Source of the DNA: Malacoraja senta
Lineage: Eukaryota
NCBI GenBank assembly: GCA_038087875.1
Contig: CM075997.1
Location: forward strand, 2,544,001 to 2,608,000
Length of the DNA: 64,000 nucleotides
Direction of reading: 5' to 3'
Part shown: positions 37,301 to 52,300 of the stretch, piece after piece
Position numbering within the stretch: position 1 is the stretch's first letter
Layout of the letters: the number at the start of each line of letters is the position of its first letter
Translations under genes and position numbers: made by a program
The notes under the pieces: generated by a model
Told to the model about the DNA's origin: nothing
Seen by the model: the letters and a program-made list of their open reading frames with translations, nothing else
Database searches by the model: none

Positions 37301-40300
37301 TTATCAGCATAAATAAGATTCTGGAAATATAATTTATCACATGCCAGAATTTCTGATAAAGAAAACTGTGAAATAGCTAAACTATCTGATGTGTTAATAA
37401 TGCATTAGATTTAACATGCATCAATAGTTTTAAGAAAGCAATCAATCTTAGCATTACTTAGTATTCACTCCGTAATTTTGAATTTCCAGTTGATTTAATT
37501 AGATAAATGGGGACAGAGCCATACTAAAAGAGGCAAAGACCACTCAAACCAGTTCTCCATTCTCCAATGGCATTGATTTTGCACCACCACAATGTGAGAG
37601 CTGCCCATTTGTGTTATTTTATTGACATGAAACCATAGTGATTCATCACCCAATTTCCTAATGTTCTTTCTGGGATATCAGAAGTTCATGCATCTAGTTT
37701 AATTTAGTTTAGTTTATTGTCATGCGTATCAAAGTACAGTGTAAAGCTTTTTTTGTTGCATGCTATTCAATCAACGAAAAGACTGTACATTACAATTGAA
37801 GATAGACTCAAATGCTGGAGTAACACAGCGGGAGGCAGCATGCTGGAAGAAGGAATGGGTGACATTTCGGGTCAAGACCCTTCGCGACCCGAAACCCATT
37901 CCTGCTCTCCAGAGATGCTGCCTGTCCCGCTGAGTTACTCCAGCATTTTGTGTCTATCTTCGATTTAAACCAGCATCTGCAGTTCCTTCCTGTACATTAC
38001 AATTGATTCCATTCAAGCCGTTCACAGTGAACAGACGTAGGATAAAGGGAATAACGTTTAGTGCAGGATAAAGTCAAGTAAAGTCCGATTAAAGATAGTT
38101 CAAGGGTCTTCAATGAGGTAGATAGTAGGTCTAGACCGCTCTCCAGTTGGCGATAGGATGGTTCAGCAGGAGATGTAATATCTGCCCTATTAAAATGGAG
38201 TTTCAGGAGTCCTTAGATATGAGCTGCTGATAAAAGTAATTAAAAAGTTTCAGAGCTGCTCCCACCCTCTGTTTGTAACATAATAAGAAAAATGGTATAC
38301 TCTGGTACCTGTGTAACTGTGGTTTGTAACACACTCCCAATGAAGTTATGGGGTAGAGCTGGACTAGTTCCGAGGAACATCTCCATCATAATATTAACAT
38401 TGCCACAGTAACTCCAATACATTTTGTGTTGCTTTCCTTTATTCACTTTATTGCACTGGTTGAACTATCAATTATCCCCCTTGGTGTTTCCTTGGGGACA
38501 TCTGAAAATGTTGGAGGTATGAAATTGACTTTTTAATGTATAAAAAGGGAAACAGCAATGACATTTCATGTCAAAGGCCCTTCACCGACATTGATAAAGG
38601 GTCTTTTGCCTGAAACATTAAATCTGTTTCTCTTTCCACAAATGCTGCTGGAACTGCTGAAAGTTTCTAGTATTTTCTGTTTTTATGTTAGATTTCCACA
38701 TCTGCGCTCTTTTTTATTTTCGGGTACAGGGAAAAATAAATTGAATTTGTGTTTTATGTTTACAACCTTTTGTCAGAAGTGTGTTGAGATTGTTCAAAGA
38801 GCCAATCTAGGAACTCTAGGGAAAAGAGCTAGGGAATTGGCAAGAAGAGAGTGTAAGAAGTGAAAGATCGGAAAATGTATGCCTAAAATAGACATGGCAA
38901 AGAACTCATGTTGGAAATATTTAAAATTTTAACTGTGCTGAATAATCCAATTTACCTCTTCTACATATCCAGCCTAATGCTCGCACCTGCAACACCTTAA
39001 ATATATTTCCAAATCCTATCACAAGGAAAAATTCAGAAATTTTTCCAACAACACTTTCTACACAAATTACACAATTGTCACGTTCATCGCTGTACATATA
39101 ATGTGTACAAGAGCCGAGAGAATCACTGAGTTATGAAGTAACTTAAACACAAAGGATTCACCAGCAATAAAATGTCTAGGCCAAGAGTTTGATCCAAGCA
39201 TTCGAATGAGGTTCACCTCAGGAAAGCATATAGGTCCTGCATCTAAAACTGAGTGGATGCTTCTCACTCATTGACTAATCTTCATTACATAAATATTAAT
39301 AGGCCCCTCTCGGTCATGACTGACCATGGGTGATGCATCCTGGTCGGATGCAAGCCTGGGCGATGTCATATGGAGGACAGGCTGTTGCCCATGCAGCACG
39401 TCCCCCCTCTCCACGTCGCTGATCGATCCAAAGGAACAGCAGGGACGTTACAGTTTGGCACCAGCGCCATCGCAGGAGCTGCCAGAGCGAGGTTGTAGAC
39501 AATGACGAACTGCCATAGGGGTGCCAACTACAGTTTTTATTGAGGTTAACTCCTGGAGCCTTTTCCATGACTGGATATGGCCACAAGGCAGTGGAGGTTT
39601 TAAATTGGAGTTTTCCCTCTCCTAGATGGACTGCCTTCCCAGGCTGACGAGCCCCATCTGCCCGAGACTCGTGGGGGCGGGAGCGTCTACCTTCCCGTGC
39701 AGGTCGATAGCACCTGCCCACTGCCCAATTTACGTTAATACCTACAGGATAAATCTACACTTGCATGTCATTGAAATCTGCTTTTACGTCCTATAAGGGA
39801 CATGGGTCTTCAATCCAAAGATGATAGGTAAAAGGCAAATTGAGAAAGTGGGAAAATGGAAAAATATTAAAATAAATCTTGCCCGAGGGTACAAAAGTGA
39901 CAGGATGCCTGTGAAGATTATTATTCTGTTACAATCTTGGTAAAATGCTCATGACACCAAGTCAACAATGACTCATGACAAATGGTGACATGCAACCTTC
40001 ACAAAAGCTTTGATGACAGGGAAAGATCTGAACCAATAAATCAGCCATTACAGTATCTGCATTGATTCAGCGGTGTCCATGAACTACGACAAGAACATCT
40101 TTTCAGAAAGCACATCCTGTCAAAGCTTTTTTACTTAAGTAGTGATTCTGGGAGATTACCTGTGCTTTTTAATTTTTTTTACTTCTGATGACAATGTTCC
40201 TTTACAATATATTCATTGGATGTATTCTTCAGAATTTTGGATCTATTTAAGTGCACGGCAGAAATGTAACACAAGGCCATATTGCAAAGGCCACAATGTT

Positions 40301-43300
40301 AAGGTAAAATGAAACTTTATTTCAGCCAAGTTTTATTTTATTCACTCCTATTCTGTAACTTTGGGCCAAAATGTTTGATGTTTTTGCTTACTTACTTTGA
40401 GGAATATTGATAGTTGAGTGCCACAACTTCAATAAGTGTTATGAAAATATTGTATAAAAACTTGCTGCTGCGTTTTCATTTATATTTTCCATTCTTTTGT
40501 CCCTGTATAACAGGACCTTCAAGTTGACTTGTTCCTTCACTGGCCAAGTCTAACCAATACTAATGCTTTCAAGTTTTGGTAAGTAGCATGTACATTACTT
40601 TGTCAATCTTACTCTGATGCAGCAATATCCCTATTGCATTCTTTTTAGAAGGGCCATGTGTTCCATTACTGCCATTTAATCAGGAAAGCATTCAAGGGAA
40701 TGGAAGCCTTGATGGGATATTGGGGAAATGGAAGCTTTAATTGTTCACACCATCGATTAGCACGGGTGTCAGGGGTTATGGGGAGAAGGCAGGCGAATGG
40801 GGTTAAGAGGGAAACATAGATCAGCCATGATTGAATGGAGGAGTAGACTTCATGGGCCAAATGGCCTAATGCTGCTCCTGTCATTTATGAACTTATGAAC
40901 TTGTCAAGGGATTGATTACAGAGCAGGTCTGATGGACCTGGGTGCATACTTGCCCTCTTGGGTATCAACTGGGCTGCGGCATAGTTAATACCTGGAAAGG
41001 GTAGACATTGTAAACCATATATAAAATTTCATTCTTATTGATAATTTGTCAAGTGACACATTCCTCACATTTATTAGATATTATGTAATGAAAACCAAAG
41101 GATATTTGGGGAAATAAAAAATGACTGTCTGTGAATAGTTTCTCTTGAATTACCAGACTTATATATTAGTTGAGATACTCACATATTCAGGAATATTTAA
41201 GCCTCCCTGAACGAACATCTCTATATAACTAAAAGTCTTCGTCTTGTTTTTGTTTGTGTCTGTGTGCGTGTGCGTGCGTGTGTGCCAATCAGGTTAATTC
41301 CTATCTTCTTCCAAACACTAGGCCATAGCCTTCCCATTTTCACACACCCTACTCACATTTTTCCCCTGGTGGCGATAAACATCTTCCCGTCGCATTTCCA
41401 CCTATATTCCTGGTTATTAATCGTTGAAATTTTTTAAACAGGCAAAACCGCCTCCCCACAGACAGCTTCCAGCCTTCTCACAGTGATGATGTCACAATGC
41501 TGCTAACAGTGCACCAATCACAATGGGCTCTCAAGCTGGCTGCCGACTGCCACAATGACATCACATTGGGACGTTGCCAACGGTAACGAGGTTGCTGCCC
41601 CTCTACCAATATCTGAAGGGGCTGCTCATCAAGTTCTGGTTTTGGTCCCACAATCCTGGTGTTTGGGCACAAGGCAGGGAGTGGGGAGGGCCAATCAGGG
41701 GGGGGGGGACGCTCATTAGGCTCCCCCCCCCACCAACCCAAACTCCCCACCCACCCTCACCCCCTCCGCCCCCCCTGAACCCTGCACCCGCCCCGGGGTG
41801 AAGGCTGACGCCGCACCCCCCCCCCCCCCGCGTTGGGGAACGGGCCCCAACGGGTCCCACTTGGTCTATTGTTTTATAAATGTATCAGATGTGTGGCTGA
41901 AACAGTTATGGTGGGTGACAATCACTTGAGCAAGCGTCTTTCAGGCTTCTGGGATTCTGAAATTCAGTTTTCAGACAGTCAGAAACTGGACGTCAGATTT
42001 GTGTAGGAAGGAGCTGCAGATGCTGGTTTAAACCAAAGATTAACTCAGCGGGGCAGGCAGCATCTCTGGAGAGAAGGAATGGGTGATGTTTCGGGTCGAG
42101 ACCCTTCTTCAGACTGAAAGTCACAGGAAAGGGAAACAAGAGATATAGACGATGATGTAGAGTGATATAGAACAATGAATGAAAGATATGTAAAAAAAGT
42201 AATGATGATAAAGGAAACAGGCCATTGTTAGCAGTTTGTTCGCACTAGCTTCTCATTTTCACCCTACAAACAGCTAACAATGGCCTGTTTTCTTTATCAT
42301 CGTTACTTTTTTGCATATCTTCCATTCATTGTTCTTTATTTCTCCACATCACTGTCTATATCTCTCATTTCCCTTATCCCTAACCAGTCTGAAGAAGTCG
42401 CAGCCCGAAACATCACCCATTCCTTCTCTCCAGAGATGCTGTCTGTTCCACTGAGTTACTCCAGCATTTTGTGTCTATCTTCTTTACCCAATGCAGTGTT
42501 AATGTGAAACTTACGTTCACGGGAACAGCAGTGAGCAGGGACTTATAATAAGAATATTTTGAGGAGTAACTAGATATGAACAAGATTGAAGCAAAGAATA
42601 TCTATATAAGAAAGGTCTCGAACTGAAATGTCACCCATTCCTTCTCTCCAGAGATGCTGCCTGTTCCGGTGAGTTACTTCAGCTTTTTGTGTCTATCTTC
42701 TATTGCTCTTGGATTTGATTAAGAAGATTGTGTGGTAGTTTAAATTGAGTGCGAACATCTGATTCGGCTGAATGACCTGGTTTCTGTGCTGCATGGTTTA
42801 TGCCTTCAACAGCATATTGGATCAATATTTAGTGTTATTGATCTTATGTTAGATGGATACCTGATATTGCAGAATATGTTTTTCCTTCATAATGGTGTAG
42901 CGGTTTTTTTCTCCCTGTCCAAATGACTGGTCTCTACCAATCCAAGGTTAAACACAAAATTAAATCCCCAATTCAATTTGATAAAACTCCAAACAGCGAT
43001 GGAAACTTTTAATTGGCCACTTCATCATTGAAATTGTAAAGAAGATGCAGAGTATAGTTCAGTTTACTTTAGTTTATTTTAGTTTAGAGACTTGCTTATT
43101 TTCCTACTACTGAATCCGTAGAAGTTTAAAAAGAACTAATTGGTTGCTTTCTTTTCACAATAGCACTGCAAGTTTTTTTACGGAGTAATGATTTTCCTCA
43201 CATTTTGCAGGGGGAATGAATGGAGAAAACATGGTACATGTGCTGCCTGTGCTGACAGCATGTCCTGCCCACATAAGTACTTCAGCCTTGCACTCCAGCT

Positions 43301-46300
43301 ACGGAAACAGTTTGCCATCAATGAGTGAGTTCTCTTATCAGATAATCAAAAGGAACAAATTTCACTTTTACAGTCGGTTTTGTCCATAAATTGGAAAATG
43401 CGTACACAAAATGACTCAATATGATAACTGTTCCTCCCACAGTATTGTAATGAATGGTGTTGATGAAGAGCAATTAACATGTACATATATTTATATCTAC
43501 CTATGCCTAGTCGCAATGGTATAGAATCAGGGTGTCCCTTGCTCAATGGCTGGTTTTGATGGGCTGGAAGTAACAGTGCATGTTACATTATTTAATAGTG
43601 TATCATTGCATAAGTATCAATAGAAGCGATTGCTTGTCAGTTTCCAAAGCAAATCTCTTCAGTGACGTCCCGCAGTACAAATCGCAGCCTGTGTGCTTAA
43701 GAACACATATTTAATTCCTACAAAGTTAAATGTAAATAGCTTTTTTTCTCTTAAGACTGTAATACTATAAAATATCATAAAATTGTAAAATTCTCTTAAT
43801 TAGAATTTACTTGTACGTATGACACTTATTAAATCAACAAAATGTACTCGTATATATATTCAAATCCTTCCATTTGAATTAAATAATATTTCTGGGAGTT
43901 CATATGTGCAGTTGTCCATGTGTTGGGCAGTCATAACCTATGGAGGGCTTGTAGCTATCATTGTGAGTTATCCACAGCCACCTCTTTCATACCCTCGGAG
44001 TGCAGGCCACCAGGTCCTGTGGATTTATTGGTTTTCAGTCCCATTAATTTTTTCGAATTCTATTTTATGATGGCTGAGATTGAATTATGGGACAAAATTC
44101 TTTTCTTCTCATACCCCTTGTATAAACCCAATAATCAGGCTCTCACTGCCACTGAGTAGAATGACTCCACCTTAATTCAAGCTCTGTGCAATAGCCAGGC
44201 AGTGAGATACAATGTCAGGTACCTAGTTCATCTGTGTCTGGAGTGCATCAGCAATTTGTAGGCTAAGTTTCACTTTACTGACATGTGATATTTTGATTCG
44301 ACTATGAAAATGGATCATATGAATATCAACTTATAAGCAAAGCGCTATTCCGAGAACTCCCATTTTTCACCTACATTGACATTAAATATACAAAGCCAGA
44401 ATCTGGCTGATTTCTTTGGTGCCACAAGATCCAGTTTGATTTTATTTATAGTATATCACACTGGTGAAATCACTCCAATCCCAAAATTAAAACGGGCGCC
44501 TTCAATGATAATTTAGATCTGATTATGTGCCAGTGTCAGGCACATTCCAAAAGATCATAATGCCAATTTCAACGTACCCAACATGAACGGCAGCTGAATG
44601 TTTCACACCATCAGAGACTGTGTCAATTAAATCATACACCATATCATGCTGAAGAAACCCAGTAAGTCAGGCAGCATGTGTGGAAGTAAATGAGCAAATT
44701 ATGTTACAGATTGGAACCCTTCTTCAGACTGACCCGAAATGTAATCTATCCATTTCCTTCCATAGATGTTATCTGACCAGTTCTTCCAGTGCTTTGTTAT
44801 TTTCTCAAGATTAAAGCATCTGCTGTTTATTACGTTACCACATCATGTTGCTTTTCTCACTATTTAAATGGAAATATTATTGACATCATAAGATGACTCA
44901 GCTCGTTCAGAAGTAGCTTGCAAGTTGCTTAGACACCCTTGAACTTCAGAGAGTGTGCATAAACAATTAGTGATTTTTTCCCCTCAGCATTAACCTGCTG
45001 AGATTCACATTCAAGTAACATCACCAGCAGGATATCGGAAGCAGCAGATCGATTTCATCAGTTTGATTTTACTGAGGAATCTCAAACACTGGGATTTACA
45101 GTGTTGCTTGCTTCCCACGAACATAGGCAGTTATTGATCACACTCATGCGCCCAAATATATCCTCCATTTTCTCAACATAAGGAGTTTCCACCCCCTTAG
45201 TGTACAGCTGGGCTGCCGATTAAAATAAATTCTTGACAGTCAACTCCTGGCAGCTACCCGTAAATCATTAATCCTCAGGAAGTCTGCGTCACCATACATT
45301 TCCACCACTGTCCAGCTAGATGGATTCTCATGCCATTTCTGACTCCAAACATACAGCACAGTGCTCTCCAGCGAGAGCAATGCAGGGTTGTTGTAGAAAA
45401 TGCCATTGACTCCTAAAAATAAGATTCTGTTGCTTAAGTCCACTTTGTGGACTTGCTGCACTGCATGCCATTGAAGGGCAGAAATATCATTGCGATGTGC
45501 TAAGTGCTGTGTAGCTCAGCCAACTGAAGACAGTGCCTGGTGCTGGAGCAGGAGCAGCAACATTTCGGTAACAGCAGATTGATTTCCAATGCCTGAGACA
45601 TGAGACACATCCTGAATATCTGCTGGAGGTAGAGCAGCAGGAGAACATGAAGGCTACCAAGGGGATGTCCCAGCATGTCTTACTGACCAAAGAATTACCT
45701 TCCAGCTGAGTGGAGAAGGGAAGCATTGTCTGTAGACTGCAACAGAATTCATCATAGAGTTAATTTTTTAACCAGCCAGATATATCATGGGTCCCCCTCC
45801 ACTCTCTAATCCTTTATTCGTTCATAGAATAGAAACAATCAGCCAGTGGTATCTGGATGAAGCATAAAATTCCACCCTTGGTGATTACAACCATCAATGA
45901 ATGAATCCTGCTCTGCATTTCCTCCTGAAAAATCTAAACAAATTAAACCATATGCACAATACACTTTCCTCACATTAGCTCCACGCTACAGATCTAAATT
46001 TCCCTTAACATGGTGAACCCTTTGGAATGGTATTCAGTGTCAAAACTGCAACAGGTATATCTGATCGATATAGTTATGCATTCCTGCTCTCCCACGTAAT
46101 TCAGTTGCTTTCAATACATCTCAGAATTCCTGGAGAAAACACACAACTAAGAGCAGATGATTCATCTTTCCTCACCTTCCCAGTTTTTCCAAATTTTTCT
46201 CAGCATCCCATATACTCCCTCCCTCAGAGGTTGCCACTCTAAGCAAGAGCAGACCAAACAAGGGGAAAGAACCACCTAAGAGCAAGAACAACAATCTAAT

Positions 46301-49300
46301 TAGGAATGATTATATGGTCTGCTGCAACAAGCCTCTAATTGTGTAACAGGGAAAGATTCCACAATGAAAGATTATGAATGAACACGCCTAACAGATTTTG
46401 TGCTGAAGTGATGAGGTGCACAGTAGGTCACCTTGGTGTGTGTGTGCGCGCGCACAGGCGCATGTTTGCACAGGAGTGTATAGGGAGCCGAGAATAATGG
46501 TGATGGGGGGCAGGACTGGATGAGTTTTGTGTGTATGTATGCCCCTGTATGCGTGCATACTTACATAGATAAGAGTGTTAGAGAAAAAGAGAGAGATCAT
46601 TATTTTGAGTAGTGTTAAGCTCACCTTGACATATCTTGTAAGTTATACATTTTTTTTGCGGCATCACATCATTGTCCTTAAGGGGAGCATTCAAGCCACT
46701 TTCTGATAGGCTCTTCTTGTGGTTTGCCCTAGTTGTCTTCTGGCTCACCGGCACCCAGCACCTCTCTTCTGGCAATTATCTCACATACTGCAATGTAATG
46801 CCCCTGTCCCACTTAGGAAACCTGAACGGAAACCTCTGGTGACCTTGCGCCCCACCCAAGGTTTCCATGAGTCGCCAGAGGTTTTGGTCTTCCTCTCTTC
46901 TCTCCTACAGAGTAGCTCCTTTCCAGGGCAAAATATGGTGCACGTTTCAAGTATCTCGCTGCCTTTAAGGAAATGTGCCTTTAAGGCCTGATACCCTTCT
47001 GTGATTTCGACGCATCAAAATATCCGTGGTTGTGTTGAACAGAGTATGTTCTGTTGGAAACTCCAAATGTCTCGCTTCCTTCTGGTTGCAAACACTCTAA
47101 TTTTAATTCAAACATCTTCTTCATCAATTTCCTAATCCTATAAACGCTCTTTTAGGGGACTAAAAATAAGTGGAAATCAAGTTGGAGGTTCATTTTAATT
47201 TAACCTGAATTAATTGTGATTTTATTTTTTAATTTCAGGGCCTTCATTGCTGCTGGTATCACCCCTTCGTGTGATAACAGCTACAAGGTAAGATCTATCC
47301 CAAAAATATTTACTGATTTTAATATTTTTATCTCCATTTCAAGTCTCAAGTACACCGCTCTCTGGATATAGAATGAAGCAGTGGAAGAAACTGTGTATCA
47401 TATCACATCCGAGGTGGCTCTTTTGCAGAGTAATCCACTTAATCGTACTTCCATTGCTATTTTTTTCCCAGAGCCCACAGACTCCTTTTTCAAGTTTTTA
47501 TCGAATTGTTCTTGCGAGGATTTAATTCTTCTTTAGACATCACTATACATGTTAATTTCCCTTCTTTTGTTTATTTGTGTTTGTTTTGAGTAACAGAAAT
47601 AGGGTAAGGACATAACTCCAATTTTCAACCTGTGCACACTGTAAGCCACCCTGGGACCGACAATGCACAACATATCTGTATACAGTCATGTATAAATGTA
47701 AGATGGACTCCAAGAGAAAAATTTAAAAAAATTATTAAATTCTAGTGAAAAGTAAGTTCCATGCAATATGAAAAAATATAATCTCATGGTCCTAGCCATG
47801 CTGTACATGTAGCGTTCACATAGACAGAAATCTACACGATTGCAGAATACCACTCACTCGATGTTCAGGAAGCATACAACCCTCCCAGTTCTAGGTGTGC
47901 TGACAACCAATGGTCTTTATTCAAGGAAATGAGGAAGATCCCAGGCATTGATTGATTGATTGATACTTTATTATCACATGTGCCACGTCACAGTGAAAAT
48001 CGTAGTTTTGCATACTATACACAAGGTATGTAAAGAGTCTCCACATATAGAGGGCTGACAAAGTTACACAGTATTCAGTACAATCTGCAATAGTCCTATT
48101 TGTTTTCGGGGGCCCCCTATGCCAGGTCCCTCTTGTTCTCGGCGCCCCCTCCCCCCCCACTCACGCCGGGTCCTCCTTCGTTCTCAGCAGGCCCACCCCC
48201 CCCCCCCCACTCCGGGTCCCTCTTTGTTCTCTCGGCGGATTCCCACGCCGGGTTCCTCTTTTAAAGGAACACTTCCCATAGCAGTGTGACAACTGCAACT
48301 CACATCATGTTTGGCCTGGAAAACAGCCTGGCTGCAGAAAAGATGGGAGAGGGATCCACAATATTCAGAAAAGGACAATGACATACCAGTAGGTGAGATA
48401 AGTACCAGAAGGTACTGGGTGCCGAGGAGCTAGAAGACAACAAGGGCCAACTCATGAAGAGCTCACAGAAGGTGGCTGCAATCAATTGTTCAAATAATAC
48501 TGCTGCTGCCTTGCTTCCAGTTATGAAATGCCTCAGTTTTGAAAACTCACATCCTTTTTAAAAATCCCTCAGTGGTTTCACCTCTCCCTATCTCTCTCAA
48601 TAACTATTAAAAACATTGGTGTTTCTCCAAATGTGGCGTCATGTGTTTCCATGATTTCCCTTATGCTGCCACAGTTTGCTGGTCTTCAGATGTTTGATCT
48701 TGAGATACCAGTGTTCTTCCACAAATCTCTCATTTTCTCTTCTCCATTAAAATGTATAAAACTGAACTTTTTGGTCCCAGGGTCATCCCGACAGTCTTTG
48801 CAGCTGGCAAAAGCATTTAAACTATTTTTAAATGTCTTTGAAGAAATTTGGAAACAATTAAACCAAAGCTAAACCTGAACGTATCCTTTTAATAAAAGTC
48901 AGAATTATTTTCAAATCAATGGGGTTGTTGCTGATATATGCCTACGATTGGCATATTCACAGAGGCTGAATACAGAAAGCATCTAGCCATTCAGTCCTGT
49001 ACAACTGAGAATTCTCACTGAAATCAGTGATGCTGCAGAAGGTCAGCAATGTAGATGTAGTATGCAGTTACTGAACACTTGAGGATGAATCCTTGAGGAA
49101 GAGGATGAATATCTCTTGAAGTGATTTCAATGTGCCCGGTTTCTCCTTTTGTGATTTATGAACAAATTGTATTTGCTATAGCTTCTTTAAACTGCCTTCA
49201 GACACCTTGCCTCACCAAAACAAAAAAATAATGACTACTAAATCACCTTTCATATCAATTTGAATGTCCCATAGTGTGTTATGAGCAATTAAATATTCAC

Positions 49301-52300
49301 TGCTGCAATGCAGGAGATATGGCTGCCAAGGTAAAGGTAAATACAGCAAATACTCAGAAACAGCAAAATGATAATGACCACATCATAATTTTAAAGGAAT
49401 AAAAATTACCCGGAGCAGCAAGGAAAACATTCTTGTTGTTCTTGAAACAATGCTATTAAATGTGTTAGATCCACCTGACAGACCAGCGGTTTGGGTTTTC
49501 CCACCCTCTGCTAGATGGTACTCTTACTGTATTGCACAGGAGCATCAGCTCAGTCTTTTGAGTTCAAAGCAAACTCTTACACAGCTCGTTATTGGTTCTT
49601 AATTACCTTAAATCTACGTCTTCTAGTTATTGACCCGTCTGAAATAGGAAACAATTTATCTTTATAAATTCTATGTAAACCACTCTTGATATTAAATATT
49701 TTAATCAAATAACTCTTCAGCCTCTGTTCTGAAGAAAGCAATTCCAGTTTCTCCAATCTATCCATATAAAAGCAAACCACCATTTATGGAAATGAAGCTG
49801 TTAACTTTATAACCTGGCCTAGAAAATAGACTCTCAAAGGATTGGTATAATTGGTGTCTTGCAGAATCTATTTTATTGAGATGGATGAAGTAGAATTGGC
49901 CCAAATACTAATGCGTTATTGGAATATTAATGCTTTTGGGTAGAAATTCTAAGAAGAATATTTACCACACTAAGTTTATTAAATTACACGTTTTATAACA
50001 GTGATATAATGCAATTCACTTTTGCAATTCTTCACCAGGGTTATTACTAATTTTTGATTTGTTTAATATATGGGAAAAATCTAAAAGTATTGATGCACAG
50101 GATTTTACTAACCTCAAGTATGTATATATCACAAATCTTTCCCTGGTCATCTTGTTGGCCAAGTGACAAATGCAACACTGTCACACTAAGCTGTTACGCA
50201 GTGCACATAAACAATGGTGGCCTAGTTTTAACTATTCCACCGTGTGAGTAAAAGCATAAATTAGATACTTAACATTTGCTCCTGAAATGTGTAAGGAAGA
50301 CCTGCAGATGCTGGTTTAAACAAAAGCCAGACACAAAAAGCGGGAATAACTCAGCGGGTCAGGCAGCATCTCTGGAAAAAGGACAGGCGATGTTTCAGGT
50401 CGAGACCCTTCTGCAGACATTTCACTCTTCGGTCTGAAGAAGGGTCTCGACCCTAAATGTCACCTATTCCTTTTCTCCAAAGATGCTGCCTGACCTGTTT
50501 GTGGTACTCCAGCTTTTAGTGTCTGTCTTTTGCTCCTGAAATGTTGCCCAGGAAAAGGTTATGTTCCATTTTGGGTAGAAAGTCATGAAGATGTGATTAA
50601 AAATCTTTCACTGAGATCAGTCAAGTGGCAAGATCAGCTTCTTAGGACTCTCCAGGAAGATTTGGGAGAGATATAAGAGAATTAAGAGACTGCTCAGAGA
50701 CTGAAAAATGGGAGCCTGGAGATGAGCTTCTGTTTTTCCTGTTTTAAAGTTTTAAGTTATTCTGGACCAATCTTTTTCTCTGGTGGAAGGCCTGGTGGAA
50801 CATTCACTGTAGCTCACCACTCAGACCACTCAGTTAACGCTGAGTCACAATCATTTGCTTACATGATATGTGTATTTAGAAATCTATCCAAGCTTTAGGT
50901 ATGTGTTCTCATCATCAACTCAGAAAAAAACCGATTAAATTATTTGTAAGGTTACTTCAGTAAAGATTTATATTAAATTGGGAACTGTCTGCTCCTAGAT
51001 GGGTAAGTCAATAGGGTAATTTTAACTACCAATTGCATCCGCTGCTCTAGATGTCAGCTGATCTACATCGGTGAGACCAAGCGGAGGCTTGGCGATCGTT
51101 TCGCCGAACACCTCCGGTCGGTCTGCAATAACCAACCTGACCTCCCGGTGGCTCAGCACTCCAACTCCCCCTCCCATTCGGTATCTGACCTCTCTGTCCT
51201 GGGTCTCCTCCATGGCCACAGCGTGCAACACCGGAAATGGGAGGAAATGCACCTCATATTCCGCTTGGGCAGTCTACATCCTGGGGGCATGAACATTGAA
51301 TTCTCCCAATTTTGCTAGCCCTTGCTGTCTCCTCCCCTTCATCAGCCCTCTGGTTGTCTCCTCCCATCCCCCAGCACGGGCTCCTCCTCTGCCTTTTCTC
51401 CTTTCTTCTCCCCACCCCCTATCAGTCTGAAGAAGGGTTTCGGCCCGAAACATTGCCTATTTCCTTCGCTCCATAGATGCTGCTGCACCCACTGAGTTTC
51501 TCCAGCATTTTTGTGTACCTTTGATTTTCCAGCATCTGCAGTTCCTTCTTTAACAATTTTAACTACCAATCCTGGCTGCCTGGTTTCAACAAGGCAACTA
51601 GAGTTAAAATTCAACCCTATAGGCTGACTATTATATATTATTGCAGCTTCTTGAGTATTTATTGATTTGGACCAATAACGGGGAAATGTACCAACAACAT
51701 TATCTCATAAAGCAGCAATGTAAGAAAAACTATGACAAAGATTAAGTAAAAAAAGAGCCTTGTAACTTTCAGTTGAGTAATTTTCCAAATCATTTTCTTT
51801 TTCCCCATAGCTAAAGTGGCACAAATTGCCACCATTGTGTCAAGCTGGTCTCTGTATAATGCATACTAACAATATAACATGCCTCTTAGATATACTAGAG
51901 TATGACAAAGTTTTCAGAATATTCATTGGTGTTAATATTTTGATTGTAATCATGTATTGCCTTTCTGCTGACTGGTTAATAGGCAACAAAAGCTTTTCAC
52001 TGTACCTCAGTACACGTGACTATAAATTAAACTAAACTATTATGAGAATATTATTTTTCAATAAAGGAATTACCAAATTCCTTCAATTAGAGACAAAATA
52101 ATTAAATGTTATTTGTCAGTGGTGTTTCAAACAGCACATTTATCAGTGATTTTCTAAATTGAAGAAAATAATTCTTCGCCATTCTATTCTTTATCTAAAT
52201 TTGATCCTCTAGTTTTTTTATAATATGCTTCAATGTTTTCTCTTGCTTCACAATCCATTTTCCCTCTGGCTATGTCATGTAATTGAACTTTCCCCTTATC

